A stretch of DNA of 64,000 nt from Penicillus capitatus. Its lineage: Eukaryota > Plantae > Chlorophyta. Below the pieces are notes generated by a model, which worked only from the letters and a program-made list of their open reading frames with translations, did no database searches and was not told the origin of the DNA. The translations under genes were made by a program, and so were the position numbers. The stretch spans positions 2,035,288 through 2,099,287 of the forward strand of contig OZ287695.1 of NCBI GenBank assembly GCA_965649825.1, written 5' to 3'. Position 1 is the stretch's first letter, and each line of letters opens with the position of its first letter. Shown piece after piece: positions 37,553 through 50,627 of this stretch.

Positions 37553-39402
37553 TTAGCCAGAAGCAGACAATCTCAAACGATTGGCTTTATTGAAAACGGC
37601 AGCACCAATGCGCCGACCGAGATTCTGTCCGGCTACGTCATCTGCCTTGATGTGGATGCCGCCGTAGAGACGCGACTGTCCGGATTGTCCAGACGCCGCG
37701 CTAAACCTTTGCCAGCAGAGAATCACATCCTCTGCCGGAACGTAACCTTCCGTATTTAACCCCCTGTTGGGCACATTCGATATGCCAGGAATGGCATCCG
37801 AACGCGGTTCAAAAAGAGACTCCCCTTCTGGAATGCGATCACAGGATGGTCCGCGATAGATATCGTCACCGAAGAATAGTTGTAGTGCCTCGGCTGCCGC
37901 AGCACTGAATGTCGAATGGCCAGAAGTGTATGCAGCGAAGGCAGGAGTGACAAACGACGCCGCTTGATACGGTCGCCACTCGCTTATATTGACGTCACCG
38001 ACGCCTCTATACGGACCCATCCACGCGCGTCGAATCTGTCCTCTGTATGCGCCGCATTGGATCATTTGTAGAGGACGTCCGAAATCGAAGGACGTCTTCG
38101 TTTGCCAGCTTGCGATGCCAGCATCGTAGACGGCGTTACCTACGATAAAAAGCAGACGTGCTGTCTCGGCTGGACTCAGCTGTTCGCTTCGTGCAGCGTC
38201 GGCAGCGATTTTCCAAAAATGTCCGGCCGGTTGTGTCGTATCCGGTCCGTCGGCCCAGTACTCGGCGATGATTTTCAGGCCGTCATCGAGTTCGCCCGAA
38301 ATCCTGCACAGCACGAAAGACAGTGAACACCACACGTCGTCCGGTGAAGTGACGCACTGGAGGACTTGTTCCCACTGTTCGCGAAAATCTGTCGTTCCTG
38401 CCATCGGCGGCGCCTCGGTCAGGTCGAATCCCGTGCTTTCGTTGCCGGGCCGCAAAGCATAGGGCGTGTACCGTCCAGCCCACGGATAAAGGAACTTCTG
38501 CGGGATGCAGCTTCGCGTGCCGAAGTCTGCCGCACCCATCGGAACGCACAGCGGTTGCCAGCGATTGATATCGGCAATCTCATTGTCACAGTCTGTAATA
38601 CCGGCCAGTAGCTGCGCCTTATTCATCGTTTGATAAGAGGCAGGATTAGGCTTGTCTCCCAAATCCCCTCGCGCTGTAAAACCGTCCGCCGTATACTGCA
38701 GCAAAGACGTGGGACTCAGATGTCAGAGTGATCGGAACGCACCTTGTCGATGACACATTGACAGACAGCAACGCCCAATAGTATGGCAGATTCGCGAGTG
38801 ATGGGACCGCTCAGAACTTGACGGGCGACCGTAGCTGCCGGAAGCCCAGCAACGAATTCCATATCTGAAATGAGATCGGTTATGTTTTTGCCAGAGAAAT
38901 CTTGGTACTGCTGGTTGACGCGGTCGAACGATGGTCGATCGCCGAACAACGAACGCACAGCCCAGAAGGCTGCGCCGTCCATGGCGTGGGCCATCGTCTC
39001 GGCTGTTGGGTTTGAGAACTTGAATGCGCATTCAGTGTCCGACCGATAATCTGCAAACAGCGTTCCCACGTCACGAGAGGCGTCGGTGTTTACTCTCTTA
39101 CCTTGTCGGTTGAGGGCCGCAGCCTCATAGAGAGCGCTGCCGACGATGGCACTGATTCGACCGGCCGCTGGAGGCGAAATGATGTCGAAATTCAGCTTTA
39201 GCTGGATGAGGGTCACGATGGCCCATGCATAGGCACGGTTGTCGCCGTCAGCAACGGGTCCAGTCGTCACAGGAAGCTTAGGGATAAAGTCTCCTTGCGT
39301 ACAGGTGCTTGCGCAAGAAGGCGGGAGAAAAAGATCTGCATGAACGCAGAGGACGGGGGAGAAAACGAGAACGAACGCGAGCAGGGTGGAGGACGAAAAC
39401 AT
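37553..39402 (-). CDS. Vanadium-dependent haloperoxidase-like protein, copy 2 (secreted, 4 exons)
   Basis: Signal peptide; IIAEYWADGP; WQTKTSFDFGRP; FAAYTSGHSTFS; SRLYGGIH. Confidence 0.9.
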
Positions 39403-40641
39403 GGTACGCGTCGAGACGTCGATCAGTGGCACTTTGAACGGAGTGAGGGCCCCGTAAAAAACGTGCCCTGGCGCAAGGCTGTCTGTCTTGTAGCAACAAT
39501 GCGTCGCGTCCAAAAACGGCCACAACGTGGCAACACGTGTTGTGTGATGGGACACCTGTCACTGTCATTACCACCGTAAGCTTTCCAAGCGCTCTCCTTT
39601 TCAGCCATAAAATTATGCGTTGTGTGGAGTGTTCAGACGGGGTATCTATGTATCACATGTGGGCCTGGACAGAGTTCTCTGTCAGAAAGATCATCTCTGT
39701 GGGCAGGCAGCCAAAGCTTGGAGTTACCTCGGTAATGGATACTAGGCAATTGGAAACGGTGATTGGTGATGAGGTCATGCGTGCGTGCTGTCGAAAGGTA
39801 AAAGCCATACAGGTGACCAAGAAACGGCATCATCTCGACTTCCTGTCTATATGCTTACTGTCGCGTTCTTCATCTGTGCTTCGTGAATGAAATGACCCAT
39901 GCAAGGCAGGAGAGAACACATCGGTCGATTCTCTCTAATATGTCATGTACGAAATGAATGCCTCTCTGTGCTCTCCCTTGTTTGCAGACAGAAGTGCCGA
40001 AGGCGAGCCATGGCGGCTTCAAAAGATGTTAACCCAGTAATGGGTCGCTGTCTCATGATCCCTGCCTCTTCCAACTGTCTCTGGTATTGCTGTTGTGAGT
40101 CAAATGCTTTGTTGGATGCTATTGAATCTTCAGAAACACGGAAATCGACCTCCGGTCAAAAAGACTTCCGTAAACGACCGAACCGTTCAACGGCACTACG
40201 GGAAGATTTTTTGGATCCGCGGATTGATAAACGACAATGCGGCGCACAACAAAACAGACAAGCGCGATAGGCTACAGCTCCGGAAGGATGGACCACGATA
40301 CACGCATTCGACCCATATCGCTTCTTTTCTGTCGCTTATGATTCGTCGCCGTACAGAACGCAGAGCCGTACTGAAAAGAGCTCGTTGATCGCAGACGGGA
40401 AAAGCGTTACGCCGTTCACCTTTGTAACATCCCCCGCTTTTCTTATCTTCCTGCGAAGCGAGCGATGCAAGCTGCATAGACACAACCGCTAAGAAAACAA
40501 ATACCAGTGGACTGACAGTTCACATCATCATCGACGTCGTCAGCGAACCTCGGATTAACTGAGGTTGGACATTCGTGATAAGGCCACAAGGATCTTTGAC
40601 TCTTCTGTTCTGTGCAATTTTGCTGCTGTCGACGTTTAAAG

Positions 40642-42621
40642 ATGTTTCGAACGAGGCTTTTAGTTGTTGCTCTGCTCTTCGGAGCGAACTATGTGCAGGG
40701 CACTGTGTATTCTTCACCGTCTTGCCAGCAACAATGCACCAGCGAGGCAGATTTCGTCCATGACCTGCCGGACGAAACGGGACCGGTAGAACAGGGCGAC
40801 AACCGAGCTTATGCCTGGTCCATCGTTGCGCTGATTCAACTGAAGAGCAATATTAAAGACATCTCGCCTCCTGCCGCTGCCCGCGTTTGCGGTCTCGTCG
40901 GTACCTGTCTTTACGAGGCAGCTGCGCTCTATAATCCCAGTAAGCTCATCGCCAGACGCCCTCGCGTTTTGCGAAACGTGTCTCAGGATATAAATCTTCC
41001 GTTAGTCCGTTGAAACGGTATTCTTTTTGGCGAGATGGGACAGGACATAACAAACATATCATCCATGCCGTAAAGCGTGCAGGATTCTTGGGTGTCGATT
41101 CCTTTCTGCGTGATGGGTCGGGAGAAGACGAACAGCTCATCCACGCTATGGACGGTGCAGGATTCTGGGCTGTCCGATCTCTCTTTGGTGAAAGAGCGAG
41201 CTTTGATCAAGTCCTATCTCAATACAGAAGCTTTTCGGGTTTGGACATCGAATCTCTGATTCCCATCATTGAGGCAGCCGTACAGCATCCTCGTATCCAC
41301 GGTAAACTCATACCTGACGACCGAACCGCCGGGATCGTTGATGGTGCTTTGGCCTGTCAGCGTGTCATCGAGAAGGTATTGACTGTAAAGTATGTGGGTC
41401 AGTCATTTTAGACGTCTTCTTTGTAGTACACCAAGGATGGCTTCAATCCCGACGGGACACATCGTGACGACCAGCCGCCAGTCGTCGACTACAGACCTTA
41501 TAACCTTCCGCAACGCCTCGCAGGGATTACGGACTGCGATAACGAGATCAAGAATCCGAGCACCTGGCAGCCGTTATGCATTCCGAGTCAACCCGAGGAT
41601 TTTGGCACGACGGCCTGCACGCCACAGAGTTTTCTTGCTCCCTTCGCGGGACGCTACGAACCTTTTGCACTTCAAGCCGGCGACGAGACAAGTGGCGATG
41701 CGCTGTTGGGACCTCCTCCCGTTGCCGGGACGGCAGAATTCAGAAAGCAATGGGAAGAAGTTCTCGAGTAAGCGACCTTCTGGAAAAGGAGCTTGATGAG
41801 GAGATTTCTCCATTGTTTGTTAGATTTTCAGCGAATCTGGACGATGTCGACAAGATCATTGCGGAGTACTGGGCAGATGGTCCGGACTCCACCGCGCCTC
41901 CCGGTCATTTCTTCAAGATCGCCGCCGACGCAGCGTTGAGTGAAAATCTCGACGTCTCGGAAACGGCACGACTGCTCTTCATCGTCGGAAGCGCCGTCTA
42001 CGATGCCGGTATTGCCAGCTGGAGAACGAAGACAACATTTGATCTCATTCGCCCACTACAGATGATCCAGTGCGGAGAGTTTAGGGGACAGTACGTCACA
42101 CTTGCATCTCACTCTTTTTGACTCGTTTGCCTGGTAGGGAGAGGCTTGCGTGGAAAGGACGTTATCAAGGGATCCTCCTCACAAACATAAGCGAATGGCG
42201 TCCTTACCAAGCAACAGATTTCGTAACGCCGCCATTCGCCGCCTATACATCTGGACACTCCACTTTTAGCTCCGCAGCTGCCGAAGCGTTGCGTCTTTTT
42301 TTCGGCGATGATGCGTACAGAGGACCACGCTGTCACAAGACAGCTGAAGGTGCGTCGCTTTTTGAACCTAAATCGAGCAAGATGCCAGGCATCTCGGATG
42401 TCCCGAATTCTGGCCCGATGACACCGGGCTACGTCCCTGCTGACGATGTTGTTTTGTGCTGGGATACCTATACCGCTGCCGCAGACGAGGCAGGGACCTC
42501 GCGACTTCTTGGCGGCATTCATATTCGCGCCGACGATGTGGCTGGACAGATCCTCGGACGCTCTATTGGAAGCGACGTTTTCGACAAGGCTCAAGAACTC
42601 CTCATTCCTTATGGTCTCTAA
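40642..42621 (+). CDS. Vanadium-dependent haloperoxidase-like protein, copy 3 (secreted, 5 exons)
   Basis: Signal peptide; IIAEYWADGP; WRTKTTFDLIRP; PPFAAYTSGHSTFS; SRLLGGIH. Confidence 0.9.
41019..41174 (+). repeat. Degenerate 2 x 78-bp in-frame tandem duplication inside VHPO copy 3
   Basis: 41019-41096 encodes YSFWRDGTGHNKHIIHAVKRAGFLGV; 41097-41174 encodes DSFLRDGSGEDEQLIHAMDGAGFWAV. Confidence 0.85.
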
Positions 42622-43190
42622 TCAGACATCTGCCATTTCATCTCCTTCAAACAGATGGCGGCGCCATCGTGATGTGACGAGCATTCTTCCTCGCCGCACA
42701 ATCAATAATTTCATGCTCTTACGAGATCTTTCGTTGACTGGGACGTGATCTGCCCTGAGTAGCAGAGATAGATATTCTGCCTGTTTTCCCTAATTAGAAT
42801 TGATAAGGTCTACCATGTTTGTCCTGCACACATTTTGTGTGTGCATTCTGTAGTTGTGCTTATTGATCATTGCCGTTTTTGTCAATAAACGACAGTTTGT
42901 CCTAAGTCATGAATGCCAAACTGCCCGAGATACACTTTGGCCAAACACAGATGCTCTCTTTATAATTGGCAGCGTATCTGCCAGTTCTGTGAAGCGATGG
43001 ACTATGTCGACCACGCGCTCAACGCATCGCTTCCGAAAGAAACCGCGATCAGGATGCTGTCCGGTTGCGCTCGTGCTGTCGCGTCGCCGTTCGTCAGGAG
43101 AGAGAAGCTATGGGGTTCGTCTTACAGGATGCTTCTCCGCTGTCGCTTCGACGTCACGTCCGTATTCCTCACGTCGAATCAAACGCCTTT

Positions 43191-44041
43191 ATGGGACTCT
43201 CATTCGTGGTTGCGTCCGTTGCCGTCGTACCCTCTGCTCTTGGCTGGGCCTTACAGCCCTATCTACCCTCCCCTGCTACGTTCGTCCTCTTTCATGTCGC
43301 TGCATCAGGTTTCGCCGTCGCCCTTGCCGCCGTAGAACCATGGGCGCATCAAACGACACGCCTTCTAGGCAAAGTATCGATCCTTCCGGCGCCGTACCTC
43401 TCATCGAATGCATACGAGATGAAAGGGCGACGCTGGTAAGCTGCGCTTATGGGGCAAGGTTCTGTTTTGGCCTTTCCATCTGGGCATCCGAGTGCGGCAT
43501 CTCCTGCGAAGACGGATTTCCCACGAGCCTCCATTTCATGAAATTGCCCCTGGATGGTCTCGTCTGTCTTCTGCCTCTACATCCAACATGGCGGCGTACA
43601 GGATTGTGGGCGGCTGGCCAGATCGGCAGACATCATTGCCAGATGGAGATCCATCTGTCATCGACTGCACATGCGAGTTCCCAAAAATGCATGATACCAA
43701 ACGCTATCTCTGTCTGCCGACATGGGATACTCATGGTAACATCTCTCACGCTTGTGCCGATCTCTCATCTCCCGTTGTCAGGAGTGACGGCTCAGCAGAT
43801 CAAAAAGGGCGTTGACTGGGCCATGAAACAACGAGACGATGGACACGCCGTCTACATACATTGCGCCCATGGCCACGGCCGTTCCGTTGGCCTACTCGTC
43901 GCCTGCTTTCTCAAAGCGGGTCAGTGCCATTCCATTACCGAAGGAGAAGCCATGATTAAAGCCATCCGTCCAAAGATACGGCTCAATACCAGACAGAAGA
44001 GAGAAATCACTCGATGGATGGAGATCGAAGGATCTGAGTAA
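43191..44041 (+). CDS. Membrane-anchored dual-specificity phosphatase-like protein
   Basis: N-terminal hydrophobic segments, VIDCTCEF, CLPTWDT and the CX5R motif VYIHCAHGHGRS. Confidence 0.85.
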
Positions 44042-44050
44042 AAAGTCCCT

Positions 44051-46294
44051 TCAGTTATGGTCTCCTTGAGACGCCAACGAATCGGACGGTCGCACGTGCA
44101 GCGCGCGTTCTTTTGTAATCTGTACCAGTCCCGGCGGCGCACCACGAGGCTTGGACACATTTTCGGCATTCGTCATCGACACGGGCACCTTTCCGCCGTT
44201 TCTGGATTTGGAATAGTAGGCAGCCAGCTGTGCAGCGCACTGAATATCTTGATCTTCTGGGGGATCGGCTCTCCCATCGAGTTTTAGCAAAACGTGTGCA
44301 CCAGGAACACCTCTTGCATGAAACCACAGATCGCCTGTCTTGCCCTTCGTCTTCGAGAGCATGTCGTTCTGTTTGTTGTTTCGTCCGATGAGAATTCGAA
44401 ATCCATTGGGCGAGGTAAACAGCCTCAGGCCATCGGAGTCGGACGGTTTGGCACTGGGTGGCGCCTTCTTCATAGCTTTCTTCGAGGCTTTGGCCGCCAG
44501 ATGATGATCTGGAGGCGGTTTAATATATCCTCCTTGGATGAGCTCTTCTCGGATCTCCGCCAAAGCCTGAGCGTCTTCTTCGTCATCGGACTCCTTGAGT
44601 TCGCGCACAGACTCTTCCACTTCGCTTATGTACTGCATTTCTTGCTCCAGTTGGTCGAGCAGCGGCTGGACGCTCTCTTTGGCACGTCGCATCTTTTTGG
44701 CTCGCTTGAAGAACGTCTGTGCACTTTCGACGGCGGATTTGAGCGGATCGAGTGGGATTTCTACAGACTGGCCCGTGTCCCAATCCTCCACTTGTATCTG
44801 TGACATGCCCGGAACGTAACTAACCACTTCACACATGTTCATTCCACAAAACCGTAGCTCGAAGAGAGAACACACCTATGTAGGTTTGCAAGAATGAGAT
44901 CGCCCTTTTTCTGCAAGGCATCTGCCTTCTCTGAATCGCCGAGCGTTTTCAAAAGGTTCTTCTTTTTGCCCTCCAATCGTGACACAGCTTTTTTCAGGAC
45001 GGTCTGCAGACTATGGATCAGCTGAGATGAACCGGCATCGCTCTCAACGGATCGGTAGTAGAGGTCCAGCAGATCATGCACCGACTGAAACCAGACACCT
45101 GACACTCCCAACAAAGAATAGCTACACGAACAACAAATGGAAGCTCAGTTCGCAGAGAGCTCGATCACACCTGCTCGTTTCTCTCGAGAGCGTCGGCTCA
45201 AACGCCTTTGTCTGAAGTCGCTGTCGCCAGTCTTGATACCTCCCAAAGAGATGTCCGAGCTGATCGGATGTCAGTTTTGAAAACGGGACGTCCACGTCTA
45301 GCGATGCCTTTGTGAGGAGGTCTCGTGCCAGACACGGACTCACTCCCTGAAAACAGCGGACCAAGGCAGACACCAAAGGCTTCTCTACATCAAGCATCGA
45401 TCTCCGATGACCGCGTTCCGCAACAGATCTGTCTGTCACCGTTGAATGCCGGATCGTTCGAGATCGCTTCCAATGTCGCTGAGAATTCTTCCACGGAGGT
45501 GACACTGTCTGGTGACAGACCACTCTGCGAGGGCGGTACGCTAAAGGGAGAATCGTGATTGTATGGAGACAGCGGGAGGAGGAGGAGGTGCAAACGTATA
45601 GGGTCTGCCGACTTGCAGCTGTCTAACACTCGAGAGCTTCTTGCCGATCTGATGCGCGCAGACTTCGATCTCTCCCTTTCCATTCGTCAGGACCAAATTG
45701 GAATACTTGCCCATCACTTCACACCACAACGCATACTCTGCCTCTCGATCCAAGCTCGGCGAGAAGGTCAGATGGACGAGTCGTTCAAAAGCCACCGGCA
45801 AAGATGCCGTTTGCAGCACATAGCCTTGCAGACTCTTGTGCAGCGCCTTGCCGAAGTGGTAGAGCTCGGCAGCAGCGCCTCGCGGAGGGGATGCGCCACA
45901 GTGCACTCGAGCGGCAACTGGATGCCAGGAGAGATACATCCACGTCCGATCGTCGTCGTGGCGCAGACGGAGAGCAACGCATTTCGGATGCCACTGAACG
46001 ATCTGCCCAACGCAGCCACTCATCTCTGAGTCCTTTACCGAGACACCCGACCTGTTCGATACGGGAAGGAATCCACGACTGCAATTCGTCGATACTGGCA
46101 CACAGCGTCGTGTAGTCGACACTCTGACGCCCAGGCTTTGCAGCGTCTAACCAGATGGGCGTCTCATGTGCGTCTCGACCTGACGGTGTCGATTGCTGTT
46201 GGCTACAGTACCGTCGCGTACGCCATGAGAGTCGGATAGAAGGGGACGGTCGACTATGTCTACAGTGAAGGATCATGCGTCCCAAAGCGAGCAT
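44051..46294 (-). CDS. rqcH: Bacterial-type NFACT/FbpA/RqcH ribosome quality-control protein, organelle-targeted
   Basis: VDYTTL, FERLVHLTF, EVMGKYSNLVL and the NFACT-R motifs ILIGRNNKQND, DLWFHARGVPGAHV, AAQLAAYYSK and KPRGAPPGLV. Confidence 0.9.
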
Positions 46295-46359
46295 TTGAAT
46301 AATGAGATGAGATGGGATCTATTAAACGCCAATGACGGAGAGATGCCCATACGTTCGAA

Positions 46360-49300
46360 TCAAGAGGGGGCAGGGGTGGTGCCATTGTTCAGCACTTTCT
46401 TGCTGCCGTTCGTTGGAATCCAAAAACGTTTTGCCGTCCAGTGATCTGAACCGCGATTTCCTTTCTTCAAAAGCTTTCGCATCAGTTCCATCATGGCATC
46501 ATCTTCCAGCAAGACTTCCAGTGAGATGTGCATGCGATAGCGCCAGTAATGGCGGGGATTGGTGGGATCGTTGATCGCTTCTTCTGTAGGTGGACGCGTG
46601 TTGTACTTTTCCGATAGAGCAAAGAGATCCTGTCACATCATTGTTGTCTCGCTCAGTCCATGTTTGGCAGTCTTTGATGGAGACACACTTGAATCTGTAG
46701 AATGGCAAGCACAGATGGGCTCTGGAAATGCTGTTGAATGATGTTCTTTGCGATACCTACTGGGCAAAAGAGTGAGAAGTGTCAACGGGAGAAGAGTGAG
46801 AAACCTGGTGTGCAGGAGGAAGGGGCAGTGCCATCCATACGTAGCGTTTCTGTGTAGAATCGCTGGGATCGTTCGTGATCTTCTTCCCACCATGCACGAA
46901 TCGTCGAGACATCGTGACAGGCTGCACAGCACACCTGCCACACAACGAGTCCATACAGAGAACATCGAAAGCCCGCGCACTGTCAGATACGGATACTCCA
47001 TGGGGTTACCAAATTCGCCCTCCGTTGGCATTCTCTGGATCCGCATGCCGATCAATCCCAGCTCCTGCATGACTGGATGCACACAGGCAGGGATCATTCC
47101 TAATCCAGCAGCACCACCGTGCATTTGAGTACTGGAGAGTAAGACAGACCGAGATCTTCTCCACACACAAGCATGTCCGATGCATTGATGAGAGCAGGAA
47201 GCGTCTTCATAGCATGATCTCGCCACAGATCGTTCTGTCTCTCATAGAAGTGCTCGTTGTGTATGTGACGTAACTGCTCTTGGGAATGACTGTCCAAGCC
47301 ACGGTAGGTCTCGGTGGACACGAGATCGAATCGCTAGACGGATGACCTGGTGATGTGACAGGCCGCTTGCGGGTTTCTTACTGGATAGAAGACGTCGGAA
47401 TTGTCGGAGTCGCGAATCAGAACCACGTTTTGCACACATGTGAGCAGACCGTCCTTGACCTTCTCTGTCTCTGCAGGTGTCTGTAACCATGTGATGTATG
47501 GCTGCGGCTGAAGGGCCTTGATCTTGACTTCGGTATCGTATTCCTCTTTCAGATGGAAACGACGATGGACATCTTCTCTAAAGAATGTCGTCGCCACCAT
47601 TGGTGCCAGATCGGAAAAGAGATGCTGCAATTGACCCCACGTGGCATGGGGTTCACAGAGCCTGGCATCCTGCCCATCATTTTATGAAGAGGGATGGTTA
47701 TCATGTCACCTGTCAAAATCCCAGATGCCTTTCTCTTCGAGTTCGTGTCTTTCGACGGGCTGCGAGGGACGAAATCGGCCAAGAGTCGCCGTCACTGATG
47801 TCTCTATACCAAGACCTCTGCCTGGCTGCATCATGACGTGTATGGGTACCTGGTATTTCCCAGATGCGAAAGAATCCAAGGATATGGTCGATTCTGTAGG
47901 CATGAAAGTACCTAAGAAAACACGCGGGTCAGTTGGCAGGAAAAAAGCGAGGGCCATCGAGACTCAGCCATATGCTGCAATCGTTTTCTCCACCATCCAT
48001 AATCATCCTTCGCCATTTCCTCCCAGTGGTATGTCGGAAATCCCCAGTTCTGTCCATTGGGATCGAATCCATCCGGCGGGGCACCTGTCGACTTGTCCAT
48101 GCGAAAGAGAGAAGGATGCATCCACGTATCCACACTGCATTTGTCCACGCCTAGACACTCAATGACACAAGATGTGTGCGGGGAGGAGGATCCAGACCAA
48201 TGGGCAGATCTCCCTTCAGTGCGACTCCGTTTGCCTCGGCATAGAGCTTGACATCATTGAGTTGCCGGTGCAGATGATATTGGAGGTAGTATGTAAAACC
48301 GATGCCGTCAAAGAAACACGGATGCTCTGGTGAGACGAGCCGCTCGATGTCCTGTCGTGTCGGTCTGGCCAATTTCCCCCATGTCCAATGCTCAGCCGTA
48401 CCAAAAATTTCTTGAAGATAAAGAAAAGCAGCGTAAGGCAAGAGCCATTCTTGACTGGACTCAAAAAACGTCAAGAACGCCGTGGACTAAGGCACAACAC
48501 TCCTCTCGAAAAACGGGACCAAAAGAGGACCACACTTTCAGTGTCTCTTTGCCATGCAGTTGATAAATTGCCCGTGCCAGTTCCATCTTTTTCTTCAGTG
48601 TGGCATCGTAGTCCAATTCCGAACCGTTCAGTTGGTCCCTGGCCTCTTCAATCGCATCGACCAATCTCTTTGGCGGATCTTCCAGGAGCGTGTCGATTCT
48701 GAGATAGATGGGGTGGAGAGCGAAGACGGAGAGGGAGCTGTAGGGATAGGAATCCCACCACATTCCGTGCACACGGGTGTCATTGACAGGCAGCAACTGA
48801 ATGACATCGAAACCAAATCGCACACAGAGATCCACTAGCAGCTTCAGATCTGAAAACTCGCCTCCGCCCACGCCCCGTTCCGAACGCAAGCTAAAAACGG
48901 GTACCGCCACGCCGGTGCCTTTCCACAACTTCTCATGTCGAAAATGGCCGTCTTCCAGGACAATCATTGTCAGCTGCTCGGAGTGGCCGTGTTCACAGAG
49001 CAGCGAAGCCAATCGACTTTCTCCCGATTCCAGCACGAGTCCCTTTTCGTTTCTGAGCGCGTACTTGTAGGTAAAGGCCTTCAGATCTATCTCCGGAACC
49101 AGCACTTCGCCTTCCCATGTCGACAGCCCCACGGACGTCATCGCAAAGACCTTGTCTTGTTGCCAGTTACCCAAACTCGGCAATCCCCCTGTCACATACA
49201 GTTGGACCTCCTCCGACCGACGGCACATCCAGTTGCGTATCACAAATCGGATAACGATGTGACCCGTCTGCGGAAGGCAGCGTGGCACACGGGCGTCTCT

Positions 49301-49749
49301 GGCAGATGCGAGCGTATCATCACTCATCTCGAAACCGATTGCCTTGCGAAACGCCTCGTGCGTGATCACAGCGTAAGGATTCGATAGGTCCTGCCAGGTA
49401 TCCATCATCTGGATGCAATGCTGAGCAGAGAATGCCTCTCCCAGCGACAGACATCGCACAATCTGCTCAGAATTCGTTTCTTGATTCGATGCATCCATCA
49501 CGACGTAGCTAAACACACATCGCGATATGCAATCGATCATCTTATCGGCATTGCTTGCTTGTATTGCAGATCAGGGGTATCTGTGAAGGCAAGAGTGACG
49601 TCCCACAACAGTCTCTTGCCTTCCCAGCGACAAGACATCTCGTGACGCGAAGTGAAGACGGTTGCGGCTCCGTTCACGTGGTAGGCGCATAGAAGCAAAC
49701 GTTGTCCCCATACCGTCAAGTAAGAGACAGTGAACTGAACGCGCACCAT
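46360..49749 (-). CDS. DPE2: 4-alpha-glucanotransferase DPE2 (two CBM20-type domains + GH77)
   Basis: VQFTVSYLTVWGQ, GGLPSLGNWQ, GVAVPVFSLRS, QLLPVNDTRVHGMWWDSYPYSSLSVFALHP, LKGDLPIG, GQNWGFPTY and INDPTNPRHYWRYRMH. Confidence 0.96.
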
Positions 49750-50627
49750 CGAAACGTGCCTTCCGTCTAGTAACGATAGCGACGTGATGGTCGATATCGC
49801 GTCATCCGTACATGACCCATGGGCGACCGTCTCACCATCAAGACAGATCCAGCTTTACATAGACAGTGAACAAACAAAAAAAGTCTCCATCTATCGAATG
49901 CATGAAAAACAGAGTTTGGGTTTGGGTTGGCAGCAAAGATGACAGGGTCCGTTTATCTTCTTCTGTTAAGTCAGCCCTGTTGTTTTTTGAAATGTCGTTC
50001 CGCAGGACATCCGACTCGATCAAACGGGAGTTCTCTCCTCTGGAAGGCGGGTTTTATGAAAAGGGCGAAAGGGAGAGGCAAGCAATTGGAGATCTTCGGC
50101 AATAAGGAATGTCCATCCATCCATTCATCCGTGCTGGTTCTGGTTCTGGTGCTGATGTCGGGGCTGATCGAGTGTTGTCCTTATTGCTTCACCGGCATCG
50201 AGAATGCAATCTTCATTACACGTGGCTGCTGAAACGGTTGGTCATTTTCAAATCAAGGTTCGGCGTCCATAGTGTTGTCCGTACAATTTGCGCGTGCTAA
50301 CAAACATCGGTAATCCAAAATAGCAAGAGCCAAACAATCTAGGTGAGGCTCCTTTATTAGCAATCAGGACTGTTATGTATCACTAGCGCCGTCACTCAGT
50401 ATGCGTAGTTTCAGAACACGAGATCACTTTTGCGGCAATAAAGAAGTACATAAGATGCAAGTACCTCCTTCATTCCAAATAAGTCACACAAAGCGAACCA
50501 CAAGACACAGACGCAATCAAGTCTAGTATATTACGAAGTACTAACAGAAGGATAGTTGGAATTGTCCAAGAATAGAAAGAAAAATGTCGCGAATACTGCA
50601 GAATCAAGACGAAGGATAATTGATCTC

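Noticed and set aside
17957-42621. VHPO genes as bacterial contamination, or as the core of a contiguous biosynthetic gene cluster
   Set aside because: Shared spliceosomal introns and flanking algal genes show nuclear residence. The intervening genes (BBS7, RecA, ARID, SpoU) are housekeeping, with no PKS, terpene synthase or prenyltransferase in the window.
46345-46370. GTTCGAATC T-loop-like sequence suggesting a tRNA
   Set aside because: No flanking T-stem or cloverleaf, and it overlaps the DPE2 stop region.
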